From a virus, in IMG/VR virus record IMGVR_UViG_3300025108_000001, positions 35,251-99,250 of that record: a stretch of DNA of 64,000 nucleotides; one strand, written 5' to 3'. The notes beneath the pieces were generated by a model, which was not told where the DNA came from, did no database searches, and worked only from the letters and a program-made list of their open reading frames with translations. This document shows, one piece after another, positions 26,991 through 36,849 of this stretch. The position numbers and the translations under genes were made by a program. The first letter of the stretch is position 1, and every line of letters begins with the position of its first letter.

Positions 26991-27392
26991 TTGAAAAATG
27001 CATTACTTGTGGAAAAATTAGAAAAATTTGGAGTAATGAAAACGGCTTCCAGTGTAAGAAATGTTTTGACCCTAAGCCTACTCGGAGTGATTGAGTTGTC
27101 AATTATGGTTGAAGATTTTAGTAGAAAACATTACGCTAGATTTACTAACGGTGTTGTCTGTATAGATGATGTTCAAGCATTTACTTGGAGTAAACTAAAA
27201 CCTAGTGATGATTTAACTAAGTTTATTTATCCGGCCACTAAATCAGGTGATGTCTATAAAATAGTTATCTTCCTAAAAGGAGGACAGAATTTTATAACAG
27301 CAACAAGCCCTAAGAATCTAAAAAAGGTCATAAATAGATTCAAAGAACAAAAAACCCTTCTTGGAGAAGATGAACTATGGGAAGAGGAATGA
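26991..27392 (+). CDS. Hypothetical protein
   Basis: ORF track. Confidence 0.55.
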   Translation: MKNALLVEKLEKFGVMKTASSVRNVLTLSLLGVIELSIMVEDFSRKHYARFTNGVVCIDDVQAFTWSKLKPSDDLTKFIYPATKSGDVYKIVIFLKGGQNFITATSPKNLKKVINRFKEQKTLLGEDELWEEE

Positions 27393-27586
27393 CCGAAGAA
27401 TTAATAGAAAATCTAGAAGCAATGAAACACCACTACAATAAATTAGTGGAGGCTTATGAAAAACTCCCTCATCTATCCATGATGAGAAGAGTAATTCTAG
27501 ATGATGCACTTACAGTAATAGGTGCAACAATGGATGGTGTAGTTAATGAATTAAGAGACTACACTGATATGTATAAGGAAGAATAA
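27389..27586 (+). CDS. Hypothetical protein
   Basis: ATGA overlap at 27389. Confidence 0.55.
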   Translation: MTEELIENLEAMKHHYNKLVEAYEKLPHLSMMRRVILDDALTVIGATMDGVVNELRDYTDMYKEE

Positions 27587-27588
27587 AA

Positions 27589-27819
27589 ATGGAAAATATA
27601 GAAATGAAAAAATGGAGAGAAAATCAAAACTACAAGATAGGCCACATAGGTTGGTCTGTTTTAGGTGGTAAATGGTATCAAGTAGAAGTTATTGGTAAAG
27701 AATATTATCCCATTACGGGAAATTTTCGAAGACACGTTGTAAAAATATTAAATATGGATTATACATTTAAGAGAATAACGATTTACACAAGAAAAGAAAA
27801 GGAGATGAATGAAATATGA
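27589..27819 (+). CDS. Hypothetical protein
   Basis: ORF track. Confidence 0.55.
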   Translation: MENIEMKKWRENQNYKIGHIGWSVLGGKWYQVEVIGKEYYPITGNFRRHVVKILNMDYTFKRITIYTRKEKEMNEI

Positions 27820-28079
27820 ATATAGAAGAAAGAATAAGAAGAAATGATGAATTAAGAACAAAAGCCCCAATACCTGATGGTGTTGAAGATTTAAGAGGAA
27901 TTACATTTAGAAATAAATATAACTCCGCTTTAATTACTATTATATCAAGTAAAATTACTGATTTAGGTAATATTTTTTGGAGAGCAGATGTGGGTGGTAT
28001 CTATGATACTAAGGAACTAAATAATCACTGGAATAGATTAACAGATATAGGAATGAAAATGTTAGAGCAAGAGGAATAA
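27816..28079 (+). CDS. Hypothetical protein
   Basis: ORF track. Confidence 0.55.
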   Translation: MNIEERIRRNDELRTKAPIPDGVEDLRGITFRNKYNSALITIISSKITDLGNIFWRADVGGIYDTKELNNHWNRLTDIGMKMLEQEE

Positions 28080-28081
28080 AT

Positions 28082-28312
28082 ATGGAAAGAAATGTAGAAT
28101 TTAGAATGGTAAATGATAATGAGATGCCTCCGTTAGTTATAACGATGAATGATGATGATGAAGTTAAGGTTTTATTAAACCAAAATCATTTAATTTGGTT
28201 ATCCTTAAATCGTAAAACAATTGGTGGTTTACCCGAAGCATTGTATAAGAATATAGATATGTTACTAGATGGTTTCCTTAGAGAACAACGTCAAAACGAG
28301 AGGATGGAATAA
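28082..28312 (+). CDS. Hypothetical protein
   Basis: ORF track. Confidence 0.6.
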   Translation: MERNVEFRMVNDNEMPPLVITMNDDDEVKVLLNQNHLIWLSLNRKTIGGLPEALYKNIDMLLDGFLREQRQNERME

Positions 28313-29307
28313 TGGCTACTTATAGTAGATTAACAGATAAATTATTGTCATTATCTAATTCTGATGATTATGAAGAAGCCAAAAAAGAATGGAGAATTAC
28401 AGGAAATGTTTGGAGACAATCTCCTAATGAAACAACAAGAAACCATGTTTCAGGACACCCCAATTCTTGTCTTTGTGGGCATGATATCGTCTATCACTTT
28501 GAAATTGAAAATACTGAAAATGGAACTAAAGAAATTGTTGGTTCAACTTGTATTGGTAATTGGATGGTTCTTCGACATATGGAAGAGAAACTAAAAATAG
28601 ACAGGAGAACTATTACAGATAAAATGATTGAAGATTGGAAAGCAAGTGCAGTGCAATCTTTAATCAAAGATGCTTGGTGGGAAGAAAATGGTGAATGGTT
28701 TACTAATACATTTGATGAAATTAAAGAATTAGATTTGAGAATCAATGTCAAGAAAACAGGTAAAACATATTGGGAAGAGTCTGTTAAAGATTACAGACCG
28801 GAGACCTTTATCCGTAAAAGTAGCAACGGTTCATATGGAAACCCTACCTATGAAATGGCTTCTATTGTGTGGAGATGGAATCATCCTGACAACCCTAGAA
28901 GACAGCGAGATAGTAAAAGAGGAACACCAAATGATAAACTTATGGAGGATTTAGTTTTATTTAAAACCAATATGCAAAAACATTTGGATATTGTAAACAG
29001 AATAGACTCTATTGATTCGAATAGAATAATTCATTTGGGTAATGTTGATTCATATATCACTAGGAAATTGGTTACAGTAAATGATAATGATTTAGACCAA
29101 CAAAAGTTCCTACAAGGCTGTAAAGCCTTTGGTATCAGACCATTCACCACAGGTGAAGCAGTAAATAGTTGGGAAAGAAGATTTCTAAGAGACATGAGAA
29201 GACGGGTTGTAAGGTTGGAATTACCCTCACCTAAACAATGCGATAGTCTTATTAGTATATTACATAGACGTAATGATATACTCTTGGAGTGTAAGTCGGA
29301 GGAATAA
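28312..29307 (+). CDS. Zn-binding hypothetical protein (CLCGH...VGSTCI domain)
   Basis: C-x-C-G-H...N...G...VGS-x-C motif, seen in many viral proteins. Confidence 0.65.
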   Translation: MATYSRLTDKLLSLSNSDDYEEAKKEWRITGNVWRQSPNETTRNHVSGHPNSCLCGHDIVYHFEIENTENGTKEIVGSTCIGNWMVLRHMEEKLKIDRRTITDKMIEDWKASAVQSLIKDAWWEENGEWFTNTFDEIKELDLRINVKKTGKTYWEESVKDYRPETFIRKSSNGSYGNPTYEMASIVWRWNHPDNPRRQRDSKRGTPNDKLMEDLVLFKTNMQKHLDIVNRIDSIDSNRIIHLGNVDSYITRKLVTVNDNDLDQQKFLQGCKAFGIRPFTTGEAVNSWERRFLRDMRRRVVRLELPSPKQCDSLISILHRRNDILLECKSEE

Positions 29308-29309
29308 AC

Positions 29310-29570
29310 ATGGCAAAGAAAAGTAAAAAAAATGAAGAAGTAACAGAAGATGTGGCGGAGCAAACGCCTGTAAACACATTGCAAGAAGATTTCAACCGTC
29401 TTCTAGAATATGCTAAAGGATTAGAAGGAACAATCCAAACATTCAGACAGAAGGTTGAAGTTTACGAAGCAATGCAAATACAACTCCTTGATGATAAAAG
29501 GCAATTAAAATCCTATGTATCATCATTAGAGAACACGCTTAATCAAGCGAGACAATCAACACAGTCTTGA
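29310..29570 (+). CDS. Coiled-coil protein
   Basis: Heptad pattern; GGAGGA SD. Confidence 0.6.
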   Translation: MAKKSKKNEEVTEDVAEQTPVNTLQEDFNRLLEYAKGLEGTIQTFRQKVEVYEAMQIQLLDDKRQLKSYVSSLENTLNQARQSTQS

Positions 29571-29605
29571 ACATAGTTGAACCAAAAAAAAAGGAAGTAA
29601 TAAAA

Positions 29606-29809
29606 ATGAAATTGAGAATAATGAATGAAACAGGACACACAGATTTAGATGTTAATACATCTGAAATGATTGAACAGTTGGCAGAACACCCAACCCATTG
29701 GGTATATGTTGACGGAGACATGGTTAGCCGTGAATCTGTTAGCGATATTAATTGGGATGGCGTTGAATCTGTTAACCTAGTTCAAGCAATTGTTGGCGGA
29801 AACCAATAA
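29606..29809 (+). CDS. Ubiquitin-like beta-grasp protein (ThiS/MoaD/SAMP-like) ending in ...AIVGG-NQ
   Basis: 67 aa; MKLRI beta-strand start, VYVDG, V.LV.AIVGG C-terminus. Confidence 0.8.
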   Translation: MKLRIMNETGHTDLDVNTSEMIEQLAEHPTHWVYVDGDMVSRESVSDINWDGVESVNLVQAIVGGNQ

Positions 29810-29956
29810 ATCTGCTTTAGTTCTAGTCTATCTTATCATAGATATAAAATCTATCGGTAATTACTATATGGTATTCACTACCGTAAAGTATTCCTAGTAA
29901 CAGGAGACGTTATCGGACGGGTGCAAAGCCCGTTAACAAAATAATGTGGGATAAAA

Positions 29957-30169
29957 ATGAAATGTAGAATATGTAAACAGAAATTAGGAACAAGAAATCA
30001 TACTTCTAGAAAAAAAACAACAACTAATTTATGTTTCAATTGTATAAGAAACCCTCCCCTTGAAGAAAGGTGCAAGGGGATAACAGTAAAAAATAAAAAA
30101 TGTAAATTAATTAAGAGAAACAATAGTGATTATTGTAAAATACATTCATCAAGAGAGACCATCAAATGA
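29957..30169 (+). CDS. Small Zn-finger protein
   Basis: CRIC, CFNC, C-x8-C-x9-C-x2-H. Confidence 0.65.
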   Translation: MKCRICKQKLGTRNHTSRKKTTTNLCFNCIRNPPLEERCKGITVKNKKCKLIKRNNSDYCKIHSSRETIK

Positions 30170-30483
30170 AGTATTACAATAAAAATAAGCCTGACGAGGA
30201 ATACCTACATATTTGTAGGGAAGTTCTAGTTGACACCATTATCGGTGCGGGTAACAAAAATAATGTATCTCATTCCTTTTGGAGAAGAAATAAAAAGGAC
30301 ATATCATATAGATTATTATGGTATAATATAGTTAGTCATATTATTAACGGCAACTCAACACTCAAAACAGTAGAAGAATTACATAATTTTATCTACTATT
30401 CAACAAAACAAATTAAAAATAACAAAGAAAATAAATGGAGAGAAAAAAATGAAAATAAAAATAATAATACCCTCAGTAGGTGA
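30166..30483 (+). CDS. Hypothetical protein
   Basis: ORF track. Confidence 0.5.
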   Translation: MKYYNKNKPDEEYLHICREVLVDTIIGAGNKNNVSHSFWRRNKKDISYRLLWYNIVSHIINGNSTLKTVEELHNFIYYSTKQIKNNKENKWREKNENKNNNTLSR

Positions 30484-31822
30484 TGGAGGCAATACCTCAA
30501 CATCGAGTTTCCTACTTAGGATATCCAATAACCAAAAGAAAATGTATAAACAATTATTTACTGGAACAGTAGATAGAAAGGCAACTGAAATAAAACGGTT
30601 ATCAATCGAACCTACCCCTAGTAAACTATATGGTTCTGATAGAGTTATTATTAGAACACCCAAAAACATGAATCATAGAGGTGAACATATAATTAATTGC
30701 GGTAGAATTAGGATGAATGAAGTTAAAGATGGAATAGACCCTATTTTAGAAACGGTTTCTAAACAAGTAAAAAACAACTTATTTCCCACTAAAGATTACG
30801 ATACAGCAAAAGAAGATTTTATGAATAGTATTACCTTCAAATATTTTGACGGTAATGTTCGTATAATTTATGGAAGAACTAACAAGAGATATTATATCAA
30901 TACCTTACCTAGAAATAAAGCAGATATTGTCAAGGCAATCAGTAAAGTAATTCTAAGGGCTTCGCTTTCAAGAAGTTCAGTTCAATTGCGTGAGTATTTG
31001 AGAAAGGTAACTACTTTTCCTCATAATGTTCTTTATGCTTTAGAAAACAGAACACCTTATCACTTTTTAGATGAGTTCCGTAAGACTGATGTTGTTATTA
31101 ACACGAAACTAATAAGCGATAAAGAATGTGTTTTAGAAATATCTGATAGCACTTGGGGTGTAATGTCAACTAAAGAATTAAGCACTTTCATTGACTACTA
31201 TAAGTTCGGTAAGAAAAGGAGTAAGAAATGGAACATAAGAGTAGATAACGAGTTTCTTTGGACTGAATTGATGGGTAGTCCACCGACTAGAACAGAATTA
31301 GAAAAAATGAAACAATGGTTATTGCAACACCGAACTTCTAATATTATAGAAGATAGAGCAACTAAATTATTGTTCGACATTGCGGCTGAAACTCCTCAAC
31401 TTGATTTCGTGCAATTCAAAAATCCTAAGAATAAAGCACTGTTCGTTCATGGAAAATATTCTGATTGGGTTATTACTTATACCGGAGATGGTATGAAAAG
31501 AGGTAATCAAGATGTCAATACCCATCAAATAGTAGGGTTCAGTCAAGAAAAAGGTAATTGGCATGGTATGAAACTTTCAGGTTCAATTTGTATTGACAAC
31601 GTTTCTAAAGGTGCTAGTATCGGAGACCAACTAACAGCGAGGGCATTAGCATTAATCAATGAAGATATAGCGGCACATCATCTTTACACAATTAAACCGT
31701 TAATAACAGAAGATTTAAGAAATGGTGTTAAAGTAATGCCGAGATTAGACAGGAGTAAATTAAATGCGTGGAGTCAAAGAAAGTGTGATGAATATTTACA
31801 CAAAAAAAAGGAGAATAAGTAA
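30449..31822 (+). CDS. Hypothetical protein; C-terminal domain is a candidate E2-like conjugating enzyme
   Basis: H-x5-GSICID Cys motif resembles the E2 active site (HPN...GxICL); lies between the Ubl and E1 genes; fold unverified. Confidence 0.4.
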   Translation: MKIKIIIPSVGDGGNTSTSSFLLRISNNQKKMYKQLFTGTVDRKATEIKRLSIEPTPSKLYGSDRVIIRTPKNMNHRGEHIINCGRIRMNEVKDGIDPILETVSKQVKNNLFPTKDYDTAKEDFMNSITFKYFDGNVRIIYGRTNKRYYINTLPRNKADIVKAISKVILRASLSRSSVQLREYLRKVTTFPHNVLYALENRTPYHFLDEFRKTDVVINTKLISDKECVLEISDSTWGVMSTKELSTFIDYYKFGKKRSKKWNIRVDNEFLWTELMGSPPTRTELEKMKQWLLQHRTSNIIEDRATKLLFDIAAETPQLDFVQFKNPKNKALFVHGKYSDWVITYTGDGMKRGNQDVNTHQIVGFSQEKGNWHGMKLSGSICIDNVSKGASIGDQLTARALALINEDIAAHHLYTIKPLITEDLRNGVKVMPRLDRSKLNAWSQRKCDEYLHKKKENK

Positions 31823-31905
31823 ATGAAAATATGTAATAAATGTAAAAAAGAATTAGGAGACCTTCGGGTTAAAGATGGCGATTGTTGTAGAATAATGGTG
31901 ATGAA

Positions 31906-32895
31906 ATGAAGTGTGTTGAATGCGACTGCACCACTACAACCTTCGATGAAAGAATGGGTGAAACTATTTGTTCTGATTGTGGTTTGATATTATCAGTAAA
32001 TATGTTTGAAGAAACTAGTGTATCAGTCAGAAGTAATGACAAAGCATTGGGTAATTCCTTTTCTAAAATCCGTGATGCTGACTTTAACGGATTGGGTTCA
32101 ATGATTGGAAGACAAGATATTACAAACAGGAAGACCTTCTATTTATTTGAAGAACAAAGAAGGACTGTTTATGATTCATCGACAACAAACTTTAGGCTAT
32201 CTGCAAGTATGTTCTTATCATATTATAATGGTAAAAAACTACTACAAGAAGCAACAAGGAAATATAAAACTATGAAAGAAGAACACTTAGTAAGAGGACT
32301 ACCAATAGAAAACGTAGCGGCGGGAATAGTTTATTATGTGTTAAAAGACAAGGGAATATCTGTTTCATTGAAAGAGTTTTCAAGACAAAGTAAAATACCT
32401 ATTAAAAATATATTAAGGACTTCCAAAAGAGCGAAGAAGAAGTTCGGTTGTACTGATTTCAATTTTATAAATATAGATAATATAATAACTGAAACCATAG
32501 AACGTATTCGTGTTAGACAACAAGATACAATAACAATACACAATCGAAAACACAAAGGTTCTGAAGGCCATGTGAGATATAAAAACAACCGTACCAGTTT
32601 TGAAGATATTCAAGGAGACTTAAGACGAGATTGTTATAGGTTCGCTGAATATGTTAAGAGATGTTATGATTTGTTCGATGAGACTTTAACTAAAAGCGAC
32701 ATAATAGCGTCAATGTGGGTAGTGTCTCAGATTTATAATTCACAAAGTATCACTACTGCCGCACTATCAGAATGTGGTGGGTTTAGTGAAGTAACCTTAA
32801 GAGAAAAAAGAAAAAGAATTTGTTCTAATCTAAAATTAGATATAGACAAGATTAAACTTTATACTATTAATAATATAATAGACGGAGTAAGATAA
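31906..32895 (+). CDS. tfb: Transcription initiation factor TFB/TFIIB homolog
   Basis: N-terminal Zn ribbon (CVEC...GETICSDCGLIL); cyclin repeats (RGLPIENVAAGIVYY; SEVTLR). Confidence 0.85.
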   Translation: MKCVECDCTTTTFDERMGETICSDCGLILSVNMFEETSVSVRSNDKALGNSFSKIRDADFNGLGSMIGRQDITNRKTFYLFEEQRRTVYDSSTTNFRLSASMFLSYYNGKKLLQEATRKYKTMKEEHLVRGLPIENVAAGIVYYVLKDKGISVSLKEFSRQSKIPIKNILRTSKRAKKKFGCTDFNFINIDNIITETIERIRVRQQDTITIHNRKHKGSEGHVRYKNNRTSFEDIQGDLRRDCYRFAEYVKRCYDLFDETLTKSDIIASMWVVSQIYNSQSITTAALSECGGFSEVTLREKRKRICSNLKLDIDKIKLYTINNIIDGVR

Positions 32896-32896
32896 A

Positions 32897-33160
32897 ATGA
32901 TAAGAAGAAAAATAACAATGAAAACAGCAAGCGGAAGAACGACAATAGATGTAAATTATTGTACTGCCTTTTCTATAAGAGAGGTGAACAAGAAAGGAGT
33001 ATTATCTAAGGCTAAGTATGAATTAGATATACATATGCAAAGTGGTACTATATTTACAGCAGAAGCAGATGATAAGGAACTGTTAGTGTTCACTACGTTA
33101 TGGGAAACCAAACGTGAACATAACTTATCTGTAATAGAATTAAAAGAGGAATTAGAATGA
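32897..33160 (+). CDS. Hypothetical protein
   Basis: ORF track. Confidence 0.55.
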   Translation: MIRRKITMKTASGRTTIDVNYCTAFSIREVNKKGVLSKAKYELDIHMQSGTIFTAEADDKELLVFTTLWETKREHNLSVIELKEELE

Positions 33161-33786
33161 AAACAAAGAAATTAAAACAAAGAAAATTATTGATAATTGG
33201 AGCAGGTGGAATAGGTAGTTACCTAGCATCTTTCCTAGAAAGAATTAGTGAAAGAAGACAAGCACTGTATGACATCACAATTTATGATGATGATAAAGTT
33301 GAAGAAAAGAACTTATCCTATCAGAACTTCACAGTTGAAGATATCGGTCGCCCAAAGGTTTCTGTTCTAGGCGATAAGATAGGAATACAATCAGCGATAA
33401 CAGAAAAGAGAGAACATCAAGTTCTTACCGCTAAACAGTTAACTGAAAAGAAATATGATTTAGTAATCTGTTGTGTAGATAATCTTGCGGCAAGAAAACT
33501 CCTATACAAAACAGGACATGGTGAAGATAGTCCAGTAAAGTGGTTAGACCTTAGAGCGCAAGGTAGGAATGGAGTATTGATTTCTTACAAAGTTAATCCT
33601 ATATTAATACCGGATTTATTAGCCGGAGCAGACGGTTCATTCAGTTGTCAAGGTGGTGATTGGGATGGTTCTGCTAAAGATATAAGTGCAATGCACATTG
33701 CCATAGCAGGTATTGCAACTCAATGGATACAGCGTTGGTTTAACGATAATAATGATGTTATAGATAAAATGGTGGTGAATGTATGA
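33157..33786 (+). CDS. ThiF/E1-like ubiquitin-activating enzyme
   Basis: IIGAGGIGS, DDDKVEEKNLSYQNF, DIGRPKV, CVDNLAAR, WLD; candidate catalytic Cys in FSCQ. Confidence 0.88.
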   Translation: MKTKKLKQRKLLIIGAGGIGSYLASFLERISERRQALYDITIYDDDKVEEKNLSYQNFTVEDIGRPKVSVLGDKIGIQSAITEKREHQVLTAKQLTEKKYDLVICCVDNLAARKLLYKTGHGEDSPVKWLDLRAQGRNGVLISYKVNPILIPDLLAGADGSFSCQGGDWDGSAKDISAMHIAIAGIATQWIQRWFNDNNDVIDKMVVNV

Positions 33787-34028
33787 GTAGTGAAGAAGAC
33801 ACTGAAATTGATAATTTAATAGAAGAAGACGTAGGTAATATTGTTAATGTTATTTCTACTGATGGTTTCTACAAACAAGCAGAAATAGTAAAGGTAGTTT
33901 GTCCGGCTTGTCTAGAAGCGTTTCTAGGAACAAAAAGACACGCAGGTGGATTCATAGCCGGACACAGAACATACCATGAGTTTGAAAACTCTATGGATAC
34001 CTTGTTAGAACAAATGGGAGGAATATAA
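33783..34028 (+). CDS. C2H2-like Zn-finger protein
   Basis: CPAC...H-x3-H. Confidence 0.6.
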   Translation: MSSEEDTEIDNLIEEDVGNIVNVISTDGFYKQAEIVKVVCPACLEAFLGTKRHAGGFIAGHRTYHEFENSMDTLLEQMGGI

Positions 34029-34601
34029 ATGAAAGAAGAAATAAAAGAAGAAATGAATAATGAAGAAAATGAAAAAGCAATGAAGAACTTTGATTGGAAG
34101 GGACACATAAGAGATGTCTATAAAGATATGAGTAACTCCGAAGGTGGTGTTAATTTTATTAGACCATGTGCAGATACAGAAACGTTTCTGTCTGCTATTT
34201 GGCAGATGTCTGATGAAGTTTTAGAAGGAATGGAAGTACAAGTAGTAATAGACGATAAAGATGATTTGTATATTAGTAGCGGCACACCCGCTTTCGTATC
34301 TTTTCAAGGACACGAAGATGAATTAACTAACGGTGAACCTATGAGAATACCGATTAAGAGTTGGATACATACTCATCCCTTCGGAGAAGCATATCTAAGC
34401 AGTACTGATTGGAGAACTGTAAATACTTGGAATACTATGATGAAGAGTGCAATAGTACTTGGGGATAATCAGTACCTTGCTGTTAACATGAATAATGAAC
34501 AATACGAAAAAGGAACTTACTCCGCAAAGAAAGTTTTCTACGGTTTAATACAACAAACTGTTTTTGATGACATAGAACCTACAATGGGTGGTGAAGAATA
34601 A
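34029..34601 (+). CDS. JAB/MPN+ (JAMM) metalloprotease
   Basis: Upstream Glu (MEVQ) plus WIHTHPFGEAYLSSTD (H-x-H-x7-S-x2-D). Confidence 0.85.
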   Translation: MKEEIKEEMNNEENEKAMKNFDWKGHIRDVYKDMSNSEGGVNFIRPCADTETFLSAIWQMSDEVLEGMEVQVVIDDKDDLYISSGTPAFVSFQGHEDELTNGEPMRIPIKSWIHTHPFGEAYLSSTDWRTVNTWNTMMKSAIVLGDNQYLAVNMNNEQYEKGTYSAKKVFYGLIQQTVFDDIEPTMGGEE

Positions 34602-34910
34602 ATGAATAATAAAGAATTAGTTGAAAACACAAACAATGTTGCTAAGGCTGTAAAGTCTCTTGTTAAAGATAACAAGGAACTATTAGATTTAGTATGTTAC
34701 ATGAGAAAGTTATTAGATGAATGTCTTCATGAAAATAGTGAAGGAGACTTAGTTATGTTAACTAATGACGATAAGAAATTATCTAGAGCCTTTGAAATTA
34801 TGATGTTAGTCCAACATGAAAAGGATTTAGAGAAAGAAAGAAAAGAACAACTTAAAGAGCGTTTCGGTAATCCGAAGGGCGAACAACTAGGGTTAGGTGC
34901 GTTTAAATGA
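34602..34910 (+). CDS. Hypothetical protein
   Basis: ORF track. Confidence 0.55.
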   Translation: MNNKELVENTNNVAKAVKSLVKDNKELLDLVCYMRKLLDECLHENSEGDLVMLTNDDKKLSRAFEIMMLVQHEKDLEKERKEQLKERFGNPKGEQLGLGAFK

Positions 34911-35413
34911 ATATGGAAAATAGCAGACAAACAACATTGAAAGAATTTGGATTAGTATTTTTGGTAGCAGTAATGTTATCAGGATGCGCGGGTGAAATAA
35001 TACCCGACCCTCCATCGGATGATGATAGAGTTATTCCTAACTCTTCTACATTAGAAGGTTCTTTTACAGTATTGGTTGGAGATGAAAATGCAACTAAACC
35101 TACAATCACATTGGGCAATTCAACAACATGGTTAGAAGTAATTAGTTGTAATTATACTGTAACCCACTTAAGTTTCACAGTAGATAATAATACTGTAACT
35201 TTCCACAATTATACCTTTGAAGTCGGAGGATACGTGTCTCAAAACATAACTTACACACATAGACTTAATGCCGATATTATTTATTACGATTATCTTTGGT
35301 CTAGCGGCTATGCTCCTTCTATTGGAACAGTAGACCTATACTTCTCTGATTTTACATATGATATAACAATTAACTATACTATTACATATAGAGAATGGAG
35401 AGGAACGGAATGA
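34907..35413 (+). CDS. Predicted lipoprotein
   Basis: Hydrophobic signal ending in lipobox MLSGC; T/Y/N-rich beta-like body. Confidence 0.65.
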   Translation: MNMENSRQTTLKEFGLVFLVAVMLSGCAGEIIPDPPSDDDRVIPNSSTLEGSFTVLVGDENATKPTITLGNSTTWLEVISCNYTVTHLSFTVDNNTVTFHNYTFEVGGYVSQNITYTHRLNADIIYYDYLWSSGYAPSIGTVDLYFSDFTYDITINYTITYREWRGTE

Positions 35414-35489
35414 CTTGTAACTACTGTAACAATGTAGAATATAGATTCGGTTTTTGTTACGAATGTTTTTGTAGGGAAAAGGGCTACTG

Positions 35490-35894
35490 ATGGGAAACCG
35501 CAAGGCGGTTACTATTCAGTTCCCTGCCCCACTACCTGCTGAAATTCTATGTCCTATTTGTGAAGGAAACAAATGTAAAGTTTGTGAGATGACAGGTAAG
35601 ATGAAGTTAGTAGTCGATGCTAAAGTACCAATACAAAGAAATCTAATAGTGAAATATGTTTCTAATCATTTAGAATCTATTGCATTAGAATTATCTAGAA
35701 ACTATGGTCTAGTTCCTGAAGTTAATACAGAAGAAGTATTTGAGTGTGACGAGAAAAGACAATATGAAATTGTAAAGATAAGTAGTTTAGGTGGGGTGAT
35801 TTGGGTAGCAAATAGATTAGATGATTTAGAATCACCTAGATATTTTACCACACTTAAGGAACTTACTAGATTTAAGGAAGGTTGGTTTACATGA
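35490..35894 (+). CDS. Zn-finger protein (CPICEG..CKVC..TG)
   Basis: DnaJ-type CxxCxG repeats. Confidence 0.6.
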   Translation: MGNRKAVTIQFPAPLPAEILCPICEGNKCKVCEMTGKMKLVVDAKVPIQRNLIVKYVSNHLESIALELSRNYGLVPEVNTEEVFECDEKRQYEIVKISSLGGVIWVANRLDDLESPRYFTTLKELTRFKEGWFT

Positions 35895-36133
35895 ATAGCA
35901 ATAACATTGATGAAGGTATGGATAATTGTTTCAATTGTGCTTTTGAAACAGTTGAAGAATATCTTGTTGAAGATTCAGATATAGAAAAACACAAATCAAC
36001 AGTTATTAGTTGTAATGCGTGTGGTGCTATGTGGAATAACATCACTCGCCGAGCCATGGCCGAGAGAGCGGAAGCATACATGAAAGAAACTCGTATATTG
36101 CTACTAAAGTTGAAGAAGGAAGTGAATGAATGA
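35891..36133 (+). CDS. Zn-ribbon protein
   Basis: CFNC...CNACG. Confidence 0.55.
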   Translation: MNSNNIDEGMDNCFNCAFETVEEYLVEDSDIEKHKSTVISCNACGAMWNNITRRAMAERAEAYMKETRILLLKLKKEVNE

Positions 36134-36289
36134 GCGATACTGAACCGGATAATAAATTGTATATTCATATGACCCAATGTTGTGGTGCAACGGTATTTAT
36201 TTATACTGATTATAGTCAAGGTGGAGAGTTGATGATACCTATTTGTTTTTCTTGTAAACAGAAAGTAACTTTAGAAGGAGAGATAATCA

Positions 36290-36622
36290 ATGAGTGATAT
36301 TTGGATTGAAATACTAATGGAAGATAGTTGCTTGTGGCAACTCAAGGGTAAAACTTGGACTGAATCGCCTACATTAGAAGATATGCAAGAAACGGTAGGA
36401 GGTAACATTCAATATGTGCCTAAAGCACTATTGCTTGATGGTGTAAAAAGTATGATTGTGAATGAAGAAGGTCTTTGGTCGAAATTAGAAATTAACCATT
36501 TAGCAACTCAGCAATACTTCCATGTACACTTGTCCACCAATCCGATTGTCGGTAATGTAATTGTGCAGGTTGATGAAGAGTTTGTTACTAAAGACTACTG
36601 GCTAAAGGGGGGAGAAGAATGA
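36290..36622 (+). CDS. DUF3846-like protein
   Basis: LEDMQETVGG.IQYV...IVNEEG....L..N..AT...IVGNV. Confidence 0.65.
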   Translation: MSDIWIEILMEDSCLWQLKGKTWTESPTLEDMQETVGGNIQYVPKALLLDGVKSMIVNEEGLWSKLEINHLATQQYFHVHLSTNPIVGNVIVQVDEEFVTKDYWLKGGEE

Positions 36623-36849
36623 GTGATGATATGGATATAATAGCGAGAGTTCCTCGCAACGCTACTACCGAACTACTAATCAAAACAGGAGAGTTTTGGA
36701 AAGTAGAAGTAGTAGATGTAAGATGGTATTCTGATGGGAAGCCAACAAGAAAAGGAGTGAGAATAAATATGGAAGAATTACCTACGTTAATTAAAGCGTT
36801 AGAAAAAATAAATAATAAAAATGAGGCGAATAAGGATGACACTAATTAG
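36619..36849 (+). CDS. PC4/YdbC-like ssDNA-binding protein
   Basis: VDVRWY...KPTRKGVRI..EEL signature. Confidence 0.75.
   Translation: MSDDMDIIARVPRNATTELLIKTGEFWKVEVVDVRWYSDGKPTRKGVRINMEELPTLIKALEKINNKNEANKDDTN

Noticed and set aside
26960-28081. Shared C-terminal EEE tails on early genes as a second protein tag
   Set aside because: GAAGAGGAATAA-type endings double as the SD for the next coupled gene, which explains them without a protein function.
29900-29940. tRNA gene
   Set aside because: Only a T-arm-like hairpin is present; I could not build acceptor, D and anticodon arms. The same applies at 42913.
34907-34950. PIP-box (QTTLKEF) at the start of the lipoprotein
   Set aside because: It lies in a signal peptide that would be exported and cleaved, so it is probably coincidental.
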